64,000 nucleotides of DNA from Planctomycetota bacterium. Its GTDB lineage: Bacteria > Planctomycetota > B15-G4. A program made the position numbers and the translations under genes. How positions within the stretch are numbered: position 1 is the stretch's first letter; the number at the start of each line of letters is the position of its first letter. The stretch covers positions 160,440-224,439 of the forward strand of contig JBBQUR010000007.1 of the NCBI GenBank assembly GCA_038212275.1, given 5' to 3'. A model generated the notes under the pieces. That model did not search any database. It was not told the DNA's origin and saw nothing but the letters and a program-made list of their open reading frames with translations. Below are positions 50,636-61,979 of this stretch, piece after piece.

Positions 50636-50833
50636 CCGGTCATGCTAGCCCGGCAGGCGGCCGTCGCGGTGCCCCCGCAACCTTGATCAATTGTCGCTTC
50701 TCTGGTTGAATTGGCAGTTTCCATCTCTGCCCGAAACTTTCCATGCTCCGGCAGGCGTCGTCACGCGACGGCCCTCTGTCCGGCGCACACTTCCCGACCC
50801 GGTCCCGACAGCGGGACCAAGACGAGACCTGCC

Positions 50834-52951
<2,118 letters not shown>

Positions 52952-52974
52952 GCGCGAGCCTGCGCTGCTCGCGT
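52952..52974. terminator. GC hairpin between convergent fusA and kinase genes
   Basis: CGCGAGC-N7-GCTCGCG stem right after the fusA stop; no U-tract. Confidence 0.35.
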
Positions 52975-52988
52975 GCGGTCGGCCCCGC

Positions 52989-54584
52989 CTACGGCGTGGT
53001 CGGCCCTGCCGACGGCGTGGTCAGCGTTGACGGCGCTGACGGCGTTGGCGCCGTTGCGGCGGGCGTCTCCGCCGACTTGCCCGGCAGCAGGACGGCCTGC
53101 CCGCGGATGAGCAGGTAGAGGTCGCCGCTCACCGGCACGAGCAATGCCGGCGGGTCGACGACGGCCGCGACCGGCACGGCCCCGCGGTCGCCCTGTGCGA
53201 GCAGGTGTGAAGCGATGACGCTCATGCGGCGGTTGACCTCGCCCATGAGCGTGTCGCGTTCCTGAACCGCCTTGCGCGACACCAGCACCTGCTGGAGGCT
53301 CTGCAGCCCGCCGTAGAGACCTCCGGTGGCCACGCCCGCGGCGAAGGACTTGAGCGATTCGGTGTCGCCCAGTTGCGCGAGCTGTCCCCACACCCAGGCG
53401 TAGTTCTCGTTGATCATCGACGTGGTCAGCTGCTGCTGCTGCACCAGCTCGGTGATCCTGGCCGGGTCCTGCTGCGCCGCGGCGGCCTGGATCTTCTCGT
53501 TGAAGGTGTCCTGGATCTGGCCGATTTCTTCCACGTGCTTGCGCTGCACCATGGATTCGGCCTTTGCGCTGTCGACTTGCTGCGTCTGCTCCTTCTTGGT
53601 GCTCAGCATGCCGGCGGCCCAGGTGCCTCCACCGATCAGCAGCGCGAGGAGCAGACCCCAGGCCACGGGCTCGCGATGACGGCGCGCCGAACGCAGCGCC
53701 CGACGCAGCAGACCGATGGGCTCTGCGGAGATCGGCTCGCCGTCGAGGAACGCAGTCAGGTCGTGCGCGAACTCCAGCGCCGACGGGTAGCGGAGCGCCG
53801 GGTTCTTCTCCATCGCATGCAGGCAGATGGTGTCGAGGTCCGGCGGCACGCGCGACTCGAAGCGGCGGGGCCGGCGCGGATCCTCGCCCAGGATCTTGCG
53901 CACGATCTCGTGCGGCGTCTCGCCCTTGAAGGGCTGCGTGAGCGTGAGCAGTTCGTACATCGTCACGCCGAGCGAGTAGACGTCCGAGCGGTGGTCCACC
54001 GCGCCGCGCCGGCTGTCCGCCTGCTCGGGAGACATGAAGTAGGGCGAGCCTGCGAAGTCGCCGGTGCGCGAGATGTCGAGCGCGCCGCCTTCCATCTTGG
54101 CCAGCCCGAAATCACCGAGGCAGGGCTGGTCGTTCTCGTCGAGCAGGATGTTCGATGGTTTCACGTCGCGGTGCACGATGCCGCGGTCGTGCGCCTGCTG
54201 CAGGCCCTCCGCGATGCGTGCGATCACCTCGGCCACGCGACGGAAATGGCCCTTGGGCGGCGAGCCGAGCGTCTTCAGCGAGGCGATCTCGTCGGCCAGC
54301 GTGCGCCCGTGGCCCACGAGGCGCTGCGCGATGTAGAAGTCGTCCTTGTCCTGCCCCCAGGCATAGACCGAGACGATGGCCGGATGGTCGAGGCGCGCGG
54401 CGGCCCGTGCCTCGCGCTCGAAGCGCGAGATCTGGTCCTGCGTGTGGATGAGCTGGCGAAAGAGGACCTTGACCGCCACGGGGCGATCGAGACTCAGCTG
54501 GCGCGCCCGATAGACGACACCGAATCCGCCTCGTCCGATCTCCTCGATGATCTGAAAGTCACCGAGACGGTCGGGAGTTGCCAT
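52989..54584 (-). CDS. Membrane Hanks-type Ser/Thr protein kinase
   Basis: IGRGGFGVVY, VAVK, HRDVKPSN, DFGLA, GSPYFMSPEQ, SDVYSLG; TM helix and coiled-coil C-terminus. Confidence 0.93.
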   Translation of the reverse strand: MATPDRLGDFQIIEEIGRGGFGVVYRARQLSLDRPVAVKVLFRQLIHTQDQISRFEREARAAARLDHPAIVSVYAWGQDKDDFYIAQRLVGHGRTLADEIASLKTLGSPPKGHFRRVAEVIARIAEGLQQAHDRGIVHRDVKPSNILLDENDQPCLGDFGLAKMEGGALDISRTGDFAGSPYFMSPEQADSRRGAVDHRSDVYSLGVTMYELLTLTQPFKGETPHEIVRKILGEDPRRPRRFESRVPPDLDTICLHAMEKNPALRYPSALEFAHDLTAFLDGEPISAEPIGLLRRALRSARRHREPVAWGLLLALLIGGGTWAAGMLSTKKEQTQQVDSAKAESMVQRKHVEEIGQIQDTFNEKIQAAAAQQDPARITELVQQQQLTTSMINENYAWVWGQLAQLGDTESLKSFAAGVATGGLYGGLQSLQQVLVSRKAVQERDTLMGEVNRRMSVIASHLLAQGDRGAVPVAAVVDPPALLVPVSGDLYLLIRGQAVLLPGKSAETPAATAPTPSAPSTLTTPSAGPTTP

Positions 54585-54680
54585 GGCGACCTCTCCGCTT
54601 CCGACCCGAACTGCCACCACCTGGAACGCGACACCGCGCAACGGCGCCGCGTCAGCCCTTGGACGGCAGCTCCGCGCGAA

Positions 54681-55967
54681 TCACTTCTCGCGCTTGTCGA
54701 ACGCCGCCAGGAACTGCTCGTTGGTTCGCGTGTCGCGGACCTTGGCCATGAGGAGTTGCATAGCCTCCACGGGATGCATCTGCGACATGACCCGGCGCAA
54801 CAATACCACCTTGCGATAGACGTCGGCCGGGAGCAGCAACTCTTCCTTGCGCGTGCCGGAACGGTTGATGTCGATGGCCGGCCAGATGCGCCGCTCGGCC
54901 AGTTCGCGCGACAGCACCAGCTCCATGTTGCCGGTGCCCTTGAACTCCTCGAAGATCACGTCATCCATCCGGCTTCCGGTCTCGATCAGCGCGGTGGCCA
55001 TGATGGTCAGCGAGCCGCCGTTCTCGACCTTGCGAGCCGCGCCGAAGAAGGCCTTCGGCTTCTCGAGCGTGCGGCTGTCCACGCCGCCCGACAACGTGCG
55101 GCCGCTGTTGCGGATGGTCGAGTTGTAGGCGCGCCCGAGTCGCGTCAGCGAATCCATGACAATGAAGACGTCGCGACCGGCCTCCACGAGCCGCTTGGCG
55201 CGCTCGATGGTCAGTTCGGTCACGCGCGTGTGCCGGTCGGCCACCTCGTCGTTGGTGGACGCAATGACCTCGCCGTTCACGTTGCGACGGAAGTGCGTGG
55301 CCTCTTCGGGGCGCTCGTCCACGAGCAGCACGATGAGGTGCGTGTCGGGGTAGGCCAGGCTGATGCGGTTGGCGATCTGCTGCAGCAGAATGGTCTTGCC
55401 GGAGCGCGGCGGCGCCGTGATCAGGCCGCGCTGGCCCTTCCCGATGGGCGTGATCAGGTCGAGCACGCGCATGTTCTGCGTGGCGCCGTTGTCGCCCTCC
55501 ACCGGCTCGCCACCCTCGAGCACGAAGCTCTCGGTCGGGTCGATCGACGTGAGCTGCTTGAAGATCGGCAGAGCGTTGGCGGCCTCGGGGGTCAGTCCGT
55601 CCACCGTCCTCACATCGACCACCGTTGATTTGCCGCGGACTCGCTCGGTCCACGCCACGATTTCGGTGCCCGGGCGCAGGTTCAAGGAGCGCGTGAGGGA
55701 GGCCGGAAGATACGGATCGGTCTCCTCGGGGACGTAGCTGGTCTGGATGCTTCGCAACCAGCCCTGCCCATCGGGCATCAGCTCGAGCACGCCGTTGGCT
55801 TCGATCCGCTGCTGCGGCCCGAAAGGCACGTCCTCGGCTCGGTTCTGCGACTGGGGCTGGCCATGGCCGCCCTGTTGCCACGGGGGGCCGCCACCACCGG
55901 GCCGGCCTCCGCGACCCCGACGACGGCGACCACGGCGGGAACGCTGCTTGATCTGTTCCTGGTTCAA
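54681..55967 (-). CDS. rho: Transcription termination factor Rho
   Basis: GVLE...DGQGWLR, PIGKGQRGLI, APPRSGKT, DERPEE, DSLTRLGRAYN, FFGAARKVENGGSLT, FEEFKGTGNME; TTG start with GGAG SD. Confidence 0.95.
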   Translation of the reverse strand: MNQEQIKQRSRRGRRRRGRGGRPGGGGPPWQQGGHGQPQSQNRAEDVPFGPQQRIEANGVLELMPDGQGWLRSIQTSYVPEETDPYLPASLTRSLNLRPGTEIVAWTERVRGKSTVVDVRTVDGLTPEAANALPIFKQLTSIDPTESFVLEGGEPVEGDNGATQNMRVLDLITPIGKGQRGLITAPPRSGKTILLQQIANRISLAYPDTHLIVLLVDERPEEATHFRRNVNGEVIASTNDEVADRHTRVTELTIERAKRLVEAGRDVFIVMDSLTRLGRAYNSTIRNSGRTLSGGVDSRTLEKPKAFFGAARKVENGGSLTIMATALIETGSRMDDVIFEEFKGTGNMELVLSRELAERRIWPAIDINRSGTRKEELLLPADVYRKVVLLRRVMSQMHPVEAMQLLMAKVRDTRTNEQFLAAFDKREK

Positions 55968-56283
55968 AACGACTGTCTCCGGAGGGGGCCTCCTCGCAGG
56001 GCCCAGGCGCCTCGTCGCAAGGCGGGCCACCGGAAGCCTGCAGCGTGCAGGCTCGGGGCGGCTCGACCGTCACGGCGACGGCGGTGCAAAGTGCAGGAAT
56101 CCGGGCGCGACGATCACGTCCGGGCGCCCCGATGGATCTCGAGGCGGGGTCGCGGCGAGGCCTGCGACCGATAGGCCAGCGACTCCGCGCCTTGCGCCGT
56201 GAGCCTCCAGCCACTTTCCGGGGAGTATTGTCGCCCAACGAACGGTGGTTGCCAAAAGGAATTTCGGACGGCACAAGATTTCC

Positions 56284-57402
56284 ATGCACTCCGGCACCTC
56301 TCGACAGGCGACCTGTCCCGCGACGGCGGACTCGCTCGGCCGGTGCCCCGGAGCCCATGAAGACCGCGAGCCGGGCACGTGCTGCGAGCGGTTTCGCCGC
56401 CGGAATCGAGGCTGGCCGTTCCGATGGGCCGCGGCCGCCACGCTGCTGTTTGCAGGCTGTTCCGGCCCGTCGATGCCGCCGACGCCTGCCGCGAAAGGCT
56501 GGGAAGCGCAGCTTGCCGAAGCCCAGGTCGCGCGAGCCGAAGCGCAGGCCGCGCGGGTCTTTGCGGCCCCGGCACCCGATCCGGCCGACCCGCCTCCCGA
56601 CGGTCCCAACGCCGCGCGCGAGGCCGCCCGGCAGGAGGCCCGCACCGCGCTCGCCACCGCCAGGCGCGCCGCGCATCCCGCAGCGAGCGCCCGCGCACTG
56701 CTGCTGATCGGACGCCTCGACGGCGACGTCGGCGCCTTGACCGAGGCGCTCGCGATGTTCGATGGGCTGCACGACACCCGGGGCGCCATGGAGGCTCGCC
56801 TCGAACTGGCCAGCGAAGCCATCCGGGCCGGCCAGGCCGCCGCCGCACTGAGCTGGCTGGCCCCGCTGCCCAACGATCCCGCCGCCCTTCCGCCCGGCGA
56901 CTCGTCGGCGACGCGCGTGCTGATCGCGCAGGACGCCGCCCGCATCAACCACCTCTGCGCGGCGGCCCAACGCCTTGCCGGAAACCCGGACGAGGCCCTG
57001 CGCCGCGAGCGACAGGCCAGCCTCGCGCTGAGCCTGGCGCCGGACAACGAACTGCTTTCACTGAGGCGCGCGGTCGCCCAATGCCTGGCCGACGACCTCG
57101 CCAGGGCCACCGAATTCCAGCGGGCGCTCGAGCAGCACGCGCGGGCCGCCGCCATGGCGCGCCTCGAGCGCGATCGCCACGCGGAACTCGCCGCCCTGTC
57201 CGGCCTCTGCGGCGACCTCGCGGGACTCGGGCGCTTCAAGGACGCGGCAGACCAGTGCACGCGCGCCATGGCCCTGGCGCAGGAACTGCAGGACAAGGCC
57301 CGCTCGCGCGAGCTCGCGCGCGCCGGGCTGGCGTTGCTCGGCGCACTTGGCGAGTCGCACGAGACGACCCGCTGGCAGGCCTTCGACGCCGCAGCGCGCT
57401 GA
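56284..57402 (+). CDS. Hypothetical helical-repeat (TPR-like) lipoprotein
   Basis: WAAAATLLFAGC lipobox followed by Ala/Leu-rich helical repeats. Start uncertain. Confidence 0.55.
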   Translation: MHSGTSRQATCPATADSLGRCPGAHEDREPGTCCERFRRRNRGWPFRWAAAATLLFAGCSGPSMPPTPAAKGWEAQLAEAQVARAEAQAARVFAAPAPDPADPPPDGPNAAREAARQEARTALATARRAAHPAASARALLLIGRLDGDVGALTEALAMFDGLHDTRGAMEARLELASEAIRAGQAAAALSWLAPLPNDPAALPPGDSSATRVLIAQDAARINHLCAAAQRLAGNPDEALRRERQASLALSLAPDNELLSLRRAVAQCLADDLARATEFQRALEQHARAAAMARLERDRHAELAALSGLCGDLAGLGRFKDAADQCTRAMALAQELQDKARSRELARAGLALLGALGESHETTRWQAFDAAAR

Positions 57403-57535
57403 TCGGTAAGGTGTCGCGCCACGGGCGCCCGGCGGCGGGTGCTCGCAGCGGACGCACCACGGATCATGCGCGTGCCGGCACGGCGCCTCTCGGCGCCGCG
57501 CGCCGGTGAGGCGCTCCCAGACTGGAGACTTCCCG

Positions 57536-58300
57536 ATGAACAAGCTGTGCGCAGACGCCGGCCTGGCCGTCGCCGACATCCCGGATGGCGCCACGCTCAT
57601 GGCGGGCGGCTTCGGCCTGTGCGGCATTCCCGAGAAGCTCATCGCCGCGCTCGTCGCGCGCGGCACGAAAGATCTCGTCGTCATCTCGAACAACTGCGGC
57701 GTCGACGACTTCGGCCTCGGACTGCTGCTGCGCGCGCGGCAGATCCGCAAGATGGTCAGCACCTACGTCGGCGAGAACAGGAATTTCGAGCAGCAGTTCC
57801 TCGGCGGCGAGCTCGAGGTCGAGCTGGTGCCGCAGGGCACCTTCGCGGAGCGCATCCGCGCGGGCGGCGCCGGCATCCCGGCCTTCTACACGCCCACCGG
57901 CTTCGGCACGCAGGTCAGCGACGGCGGCCTGCCCATGCTCTACGGCCCCGGCGGAAGCGTGAGGAAGGCCTCGCCAAAGAAGGAAACGCGCGAGTTCGGC
58001 GGACGGCAGTACGTCCTCGAGCACGCGCTCACCGCGGAGTTCGCGCTCATCAAGGCATGGAAGGCCGACGAAAGCGGCAACCTCGTGTTCCGCAAGACCG
58101 CGCGCAACTTCAGCCCGATGATGGCCGCTGCCGCGAAGGTCACCATCGCGGAGGTCGAGCAGATCGTGCCGGTCGGCGCGCTCGACCCGGACAACGTGCA
58201 CGTCCCGGGCATCTTCGTGCAGCGCGTCGTGCTGGGCGAAGGCTACGAGAAGCGCATCGAACAGCGCACCACACGCAAGCGGGAGGCCTCGCATGCTTGA
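57536..58300 (+). CDS. 3-oxoacid CoA-transferase subunit A (ScoA/PcaI/AtoD family)
   Basis: [44 protein letters not shown]. Confidence 0.93.
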   Translation: MNKLCADAGLAVADIPDGATLMAGGFGLCGIPEKLIAALVARGTKDLVVISNNCGVDDFGLGLLLRARQIRKMVSTYVGENRNFEQQFLGGELEVELVPQGTFAERIRAGGAGIPAFYTPTGFGTQVSDGGLPMLYGPGGSVRKASPKKETREFGGRQYVLEHALTAEFALIKAWKADESGNLVFRKTARNFSPMMAAAAKVTIAEVEQIVPVGALDPDNVHVPGIFVQRVVLGEGYEKRIEQRTTRKREASHA

Positions 58301-58952
58301 GCGCGAACAGATCCTGCGCCGCGCCGCCCGGGAGCTGCGTGACGGCCAGTACGTGAACCTCGGCATCGGCCTGCCGACGCTCATCGCCAACTGCATCCCC
58401 GCGGGCATGTCCATCACGCTGCAAAGCGAAAACGGCATGCTCGGCATCGGGCCCTTCCCGTTCGACGACGAGGTCGACGCCGACCTCATCAATGCGGGCA
58501 AGCAGACCATCAGCGAGACGCCCGGCTGCAGCTATTTCAGCAGCTCGGACAGCTTCGCGATGATCCGCGGCGGACACATCGACCAGTGCTTCCTCGGCGC
58601 GATGCAGGTCTCGCGCGACGGCGACCTGGCCAACTGGATGATCCCCGGCAAGATGATCAAGGGCATGGGCGGCGCGATGGACCTCGTGGCCGGCGCGCGG
58701 CGCGTGGTGGTCACGATGGAGCACTGCGCCAGGGGCAACGAGCCGAAGATCGTGGAGCGCTGCACGCTGCCGCTCACCGGGGTGCGCGTCGTCCATCGCA
58801 TCATCACGGACCTGTGCGTGCTGGACGTGCGTCCCGGCCGACCGCTGCTGCTCGTGGAGGTGGCTCCGGGCCACACCGCCGACGACGTGAAGCAGCGCAC
58901 GGCCTGCGAGATCGAAGTCCCCCGGGGTGCGCTCGCCATCATGCAGGCGTGA
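58293..58952 (+). CDS. 3-oxoacid CoA-transferase subunit B
   Basis: [14 protein letters not shown] (catalytic Glu), [24 protein letters not shown]. Confidence 0.93.
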   Translation: MLEREQILRRAARELRDGQYVNLGIGLPTLIANCIPAGMSITLQSENGMLGIGPFPFDDEVDADLINAGKQTISETPGCSYFSSSDSFAMIRGGHIDQCFLGAMQVSRDGDLANWMIPGKMIKGMGGAMDLVAGARRVVVTMEHCARGNEPKIVERCTLPLTGVRVVHRIITDLCVLDVRPGRPLLLVEVAPGHTADDVKQRTACEIEVPRGALAIMQA

Positions 58953-59353
58953 TGGAGCCGACCGCGCCGATTCTCTTCTACGACGGCTCGTGCGGGCTCT
59001 GCGATCGAGCCGTGCAGTGGTGCCTGCGCCACGACCGGCGAGGCGTGCTGCGCTTCGCGCCGCTGCAAGGCCCCACGTACGCGGCGCTCTCGATGCCCGG
59101 CAAGCCGGCAGCGCTGGACACGCTGGTGCTGCTCGAGGACGGCGCCCTGCACCTGCGCAGTGACGCGGTGCGGCGCATCGCGCGGCACGCGGGCGGCCCG
59201 TGGTCGGCGCTCGCCCGGTGCGCCGGCGTGTTCCCTCGCAGATTGCGTGATGCCGCCTACGACTTCGTCGCGCGCCGCCGGCTGCGCTGGTTCGGCGCCG
59301 CGGATGCCTGCCGCGTGCCGGACGCCTCGGTGCGCGCGCGCTTCCTGCCGTAG
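58952..59353 (+). CDS. DCC1-like thiol-disulfide oxidoreductase (DUF393)
   Basis: FYDGSCGLC, FAPLQ, RSDA, YDFVARRR. Confidence 0.88.
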   Translation: MEPTAPILFYDGSCGLCDRAVQWCLRHDRRGVLRFAPLQGPTYAALSMPGKPAALDTLVLLEDGALHLRSDAVRRIARHAGGPWSALARCAGVFPRRLRDAAYDFVARRRLRWFGAADACRVPDASVRARFLP

Positions 59354-59391
59354 CCACTCCGGAGGGCGGAGGCCCGGCGGCAGCGCACCCG

Positions 59392-60246
59392 TCAGTCCCG
59401 CCCTGTCGCGTCGCCGAGGCGGGCCGCAAGCAGCCGGAGCTGTTCGCGAAGCGTCGCCACCTCGGCCTCGAGCGCGCCGACGCGCATCGCCAGATCGGTC
59501 GAGTCGCCCGAAGCGCGCGAAGCGGTCGGCGACAGGACGCCGGACCTCAGCCCGGTCAGCGTCGGCACCACGGCGCCCGGCGCCGAAGCGCCCTCGTGCG
59601 ACGGAGGCGCCGCGTGCATCGCGCCCCTCCCCGGAACGTGAGCGTGCCCCGCGGCGATCTCCGCCGCGATGCGGGCCGCCTCCGGCCCGACATCAGGCCG
59701 GGAGGCCGAACCCGCCGACCCGGAGGCCGCGCTGACGCCGTGCGCCGGCGCGAGCAGCTGAGCCCAGCGCGGATAACGCTCGCCCGAACGTCGGGCCTGC
59801 TGCACGACAAGGCCGTTGCGGGCCAGCGCATCCAGCGCAGCCTGCACCGTCTCGGGCGTGGCTGTCGCCTGCATGCGCTCCACGCGTCGCGTCAACTCGT
59901 TCGGCTGCTGCGACCCGCGCACGAGCAATTCGGAAAGGACGGCCAGGCCGAGCGGCTCGAGGTGCAGCGTGCCGCCCGCCCGCTGCCGGTACTTCTCGAC
60001 GCGCTGTCCAGCCAGCTGCACGAACTCCACGAGCTGCGCCACGCGCAGTCGCAGGATCGCCTGTTCGACCTCATGCTCGGAGACGGACATCTCCGGGTCC
60101 CGGTTGCTCTTCTGGTTGCAGCCGGTCACCAGCGCGTGGAGCGACAGGGGGTACTGGTCGGGGGTCGTGAACTCCTTCTCGATGAGCACGCCCAGGATGC
60201 GCGCCTCGAGCAGGTCGAGCTGGATGGCGAGTGACATGTCGCGCAT
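59392..60246 (-). CDS. YceH/DUF480 family protein
   Basis: EARILGVLIEKEFTTPDQYPLSLHAL...CNQKSNRDP; C-terminal coiled coil. Confidence 0.9.
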   Translation of the reverse strand: MRDMSLAIQLDLLEARILGVLIEKEFTTPDQYPLSLHALVTGCNQKSNRDPEMSVSEHEVEQAILRLRVAQLVEFVQLAGQRVEKYRQRAGGTLHLEPLGLAVLSELLVRGSQQPNELTRRVERMQATATPETVQAALDALARNGLVVQQARRSGERYPRWAQLLAPAHGVSAASGSAGSASRPDVGPEAARIAAEIAAGHAHVPGRGAMHAAPPSHEGASAPGAVVPTLTGLRSGVLSPTASRASGDSTDLAMRVGALEAEVATLREQLRLLAARLGDATGRD

Positions 60247-60362
60247 GGTAGCAGCCCGACGCAGGACTCCGGCGGGCCTCGCGACACGCGGAACGCGTCA
60301 CGACGTTTGCTAATGTGCGCGTGCCCGATGGGCATCGCACGGCAGTGCACAAGGAGTGGGCA

Positions 60363-60677
60363 ATGAAGAGGGCCGCACGCGGACATCCTGCGACGCGCAC
60401 CCGCCTTGCGTTCGGTGCCGCGGTGGCACTCACCGCTCTGGCGACCGCGTGCGGCAGCAGCCGCGCCGCTCCGTACTTCCACGACGGCAGCGTGGCGACG
60501 CTCGAAGAGGCGGTGACACTCATGGCCGGGGGCGGACTCGCCAACCCGCACCTCAGCACCGACAAGCTGAAGCCGGCAGGCCTCTCGCCCGCGCAGATCG
60601 CCGATCTGATCGAATTCCTGAAGTCGCTCGACGAGCCGTGCAACCTGCCTTCCCCGCCGCTGCCGCCCGGCGCATGA
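60363..60677 (+). pseudogene. Lipoprotein signal fused to the C-terminal tail of a di-heme cytochrome c peroxidase (internally deleted)
   Basis: AAGGAG SD; LTALATAC lipobox; APYFHDGSVATLEEAV...LSPAQIADLIEFLKSL; no CxxCH. Confidence 0.65.
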
Positions 60678-60690
60678 GGGAGTCGCGCTG

Positions 60691-61758
60691 ATGGGCGCAG
60701 CACGGGCGCGCGGCAAGGCCGTCAAGCCGCTGCGCGTTCTCGCGCTCATGCACAAGGACCTCGTGCCGCCGCCCGACCCCGCGTCCGCACCTGAAAAGGA
60801 GCGCGAACGCTGGCAGTGCGAGCTCGACATTCTCGGCGCGCTGAAGAAGCTCGGCCACGAGGCGCGCGCTCTCGGCGTGCAGTCGGACCTCGGCGTGATC
60901 CGCGAGGCCATCGAGGAGTGGAAGCCCGACATCGCCTTCAACCTGCTCGAGGAGTTCGACGGCGTCTCCGTCTACGACCAGCACGTCGTGTCCTTTCTCG
61001 AGCTGATGCGCAAGCCGTACACCGGTTGCAACCCGCGCGGCATGACGCTGGCGCGCGACAAGGCGCTCACCAAGCAGATCCTCGCCTGGCATCGCATCCG
61101 CGTGCCGGGCTTCAGCGTGTTCCCCGTGCGACGCAAGGTGATTCCGTCGCGCCGGCTGACCTATCCGCTCATCGTGAAGTCCGTGAGCGAGGAGGCCTCG
61201 CTCGGCATCTCGCAGGCATCGATCGTGCACGACGCCGCCAAGCTCAAGGAGCGCGTCGAGTTCGTGCATGCGCAACTCGGCACCGATGCCATCGCGGAGC
61301 AGTACATCGAGGGGCGCGAGCTCTATGTCGCGCTGATGGGCAATCAGCGCGTGACCGGCTTCCCGATCTGGGAGATGTTCTTCGCGAGTCTTCCGGAGAG
61401 CACGGCGCCGATCGCCACCGCGAAGATGAAGTGGGACAAGAAGTACCAGGAGAAGATCGGCCTCACGACCTCGGCGGCCAGGGACCTGCCGCCCGCGCTC
61501 GACCAGGCCATCCGGCGCACCTGCCGGCGCACCTACCGGGCACTCGGACTGTCCGGCTACGCACGCCTCGACCTGCGTCTCACGGCGGACGGCCAGGTCT
61601 ACGTCATCGAGGCCAATCCCAACCCGAACATCGAAGTTCAGGAGGACTTCGCCGCCTCCGCAAAGGCCGCCGGATTGACCTATCCGAGGCTGATCCAGCG
61701 CATTCTGAAGCTCGGGCTCGACTGGCACCCGGAGTGGTCGGCGCCGCGCGGCAGCTGA
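60691..61758 (+). CDS. D-Ala-D-Ala-ligase-like ATP-grasp enzyme
   Basis: FNLLEEF, PYTG...DKAL, PLIVK...EEASLGIS, EQYIEGRE, GYARLDLR, IEANPNP. Confidence 0.85.
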   Translation: MGAARARGKAVKPLRVLALMHKDLVPPPDPASAPEKERERWQCELDILGALKKLGHEARALGVQSDLGVIREAIEEWKPDIAFNLLEEFDGVSVYDQHVVSFLELMRKPYTGCNPRGMTLARDKALTKQILAWHRIRVPGFSVFPVRRKVIPSRRLTYPLIVKSVSEEASLGISQASIVHDAAKLKERVEFVHAQLGTDAIAEQYIEGRELYVALMGNQRVTGFPIWEMFFASLPESTAPIATAKMKWDKKYQEKIGLTTSAARDLPPALDQAIRRTCRRTYRALGLSGYARLDLRLTADGQVYVIEANPNPNIEVQEDFAASAKAAGLTYPRLIQRILKLGLDWHPEWSAPRGS

Positions 61759-61979
61759 ACCCGGCGAGCCGTCCGTCGGTTCCCGGCGCGTGCACAGGTC
61801 GTCGACTCCGGGACATCGCAGCACGCCGCCTCGCCGGGGCGCAGTCGGACGCGCGCGTCCGAATTGCGTGACATGCGGGAAAAGTCCGCTAGAATGGTCC
61901 CCTGCCGGCACGCAAGCGGCGCACCGGGTCGCGGCATCCGCCGACGCCTGGTGCCGCGCGCGCTCCTTGGAGACTCGCC

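Noticed and set aside
57536..58952. Assigning the CoA-transferase to the box pathway (pcaIJ)
   Set aside because: It lies 10 kb from boxBC, the box route yields 3-oxoadipyl-CoA without this enzyme, and substrate specificity cannot be read from the motifs.
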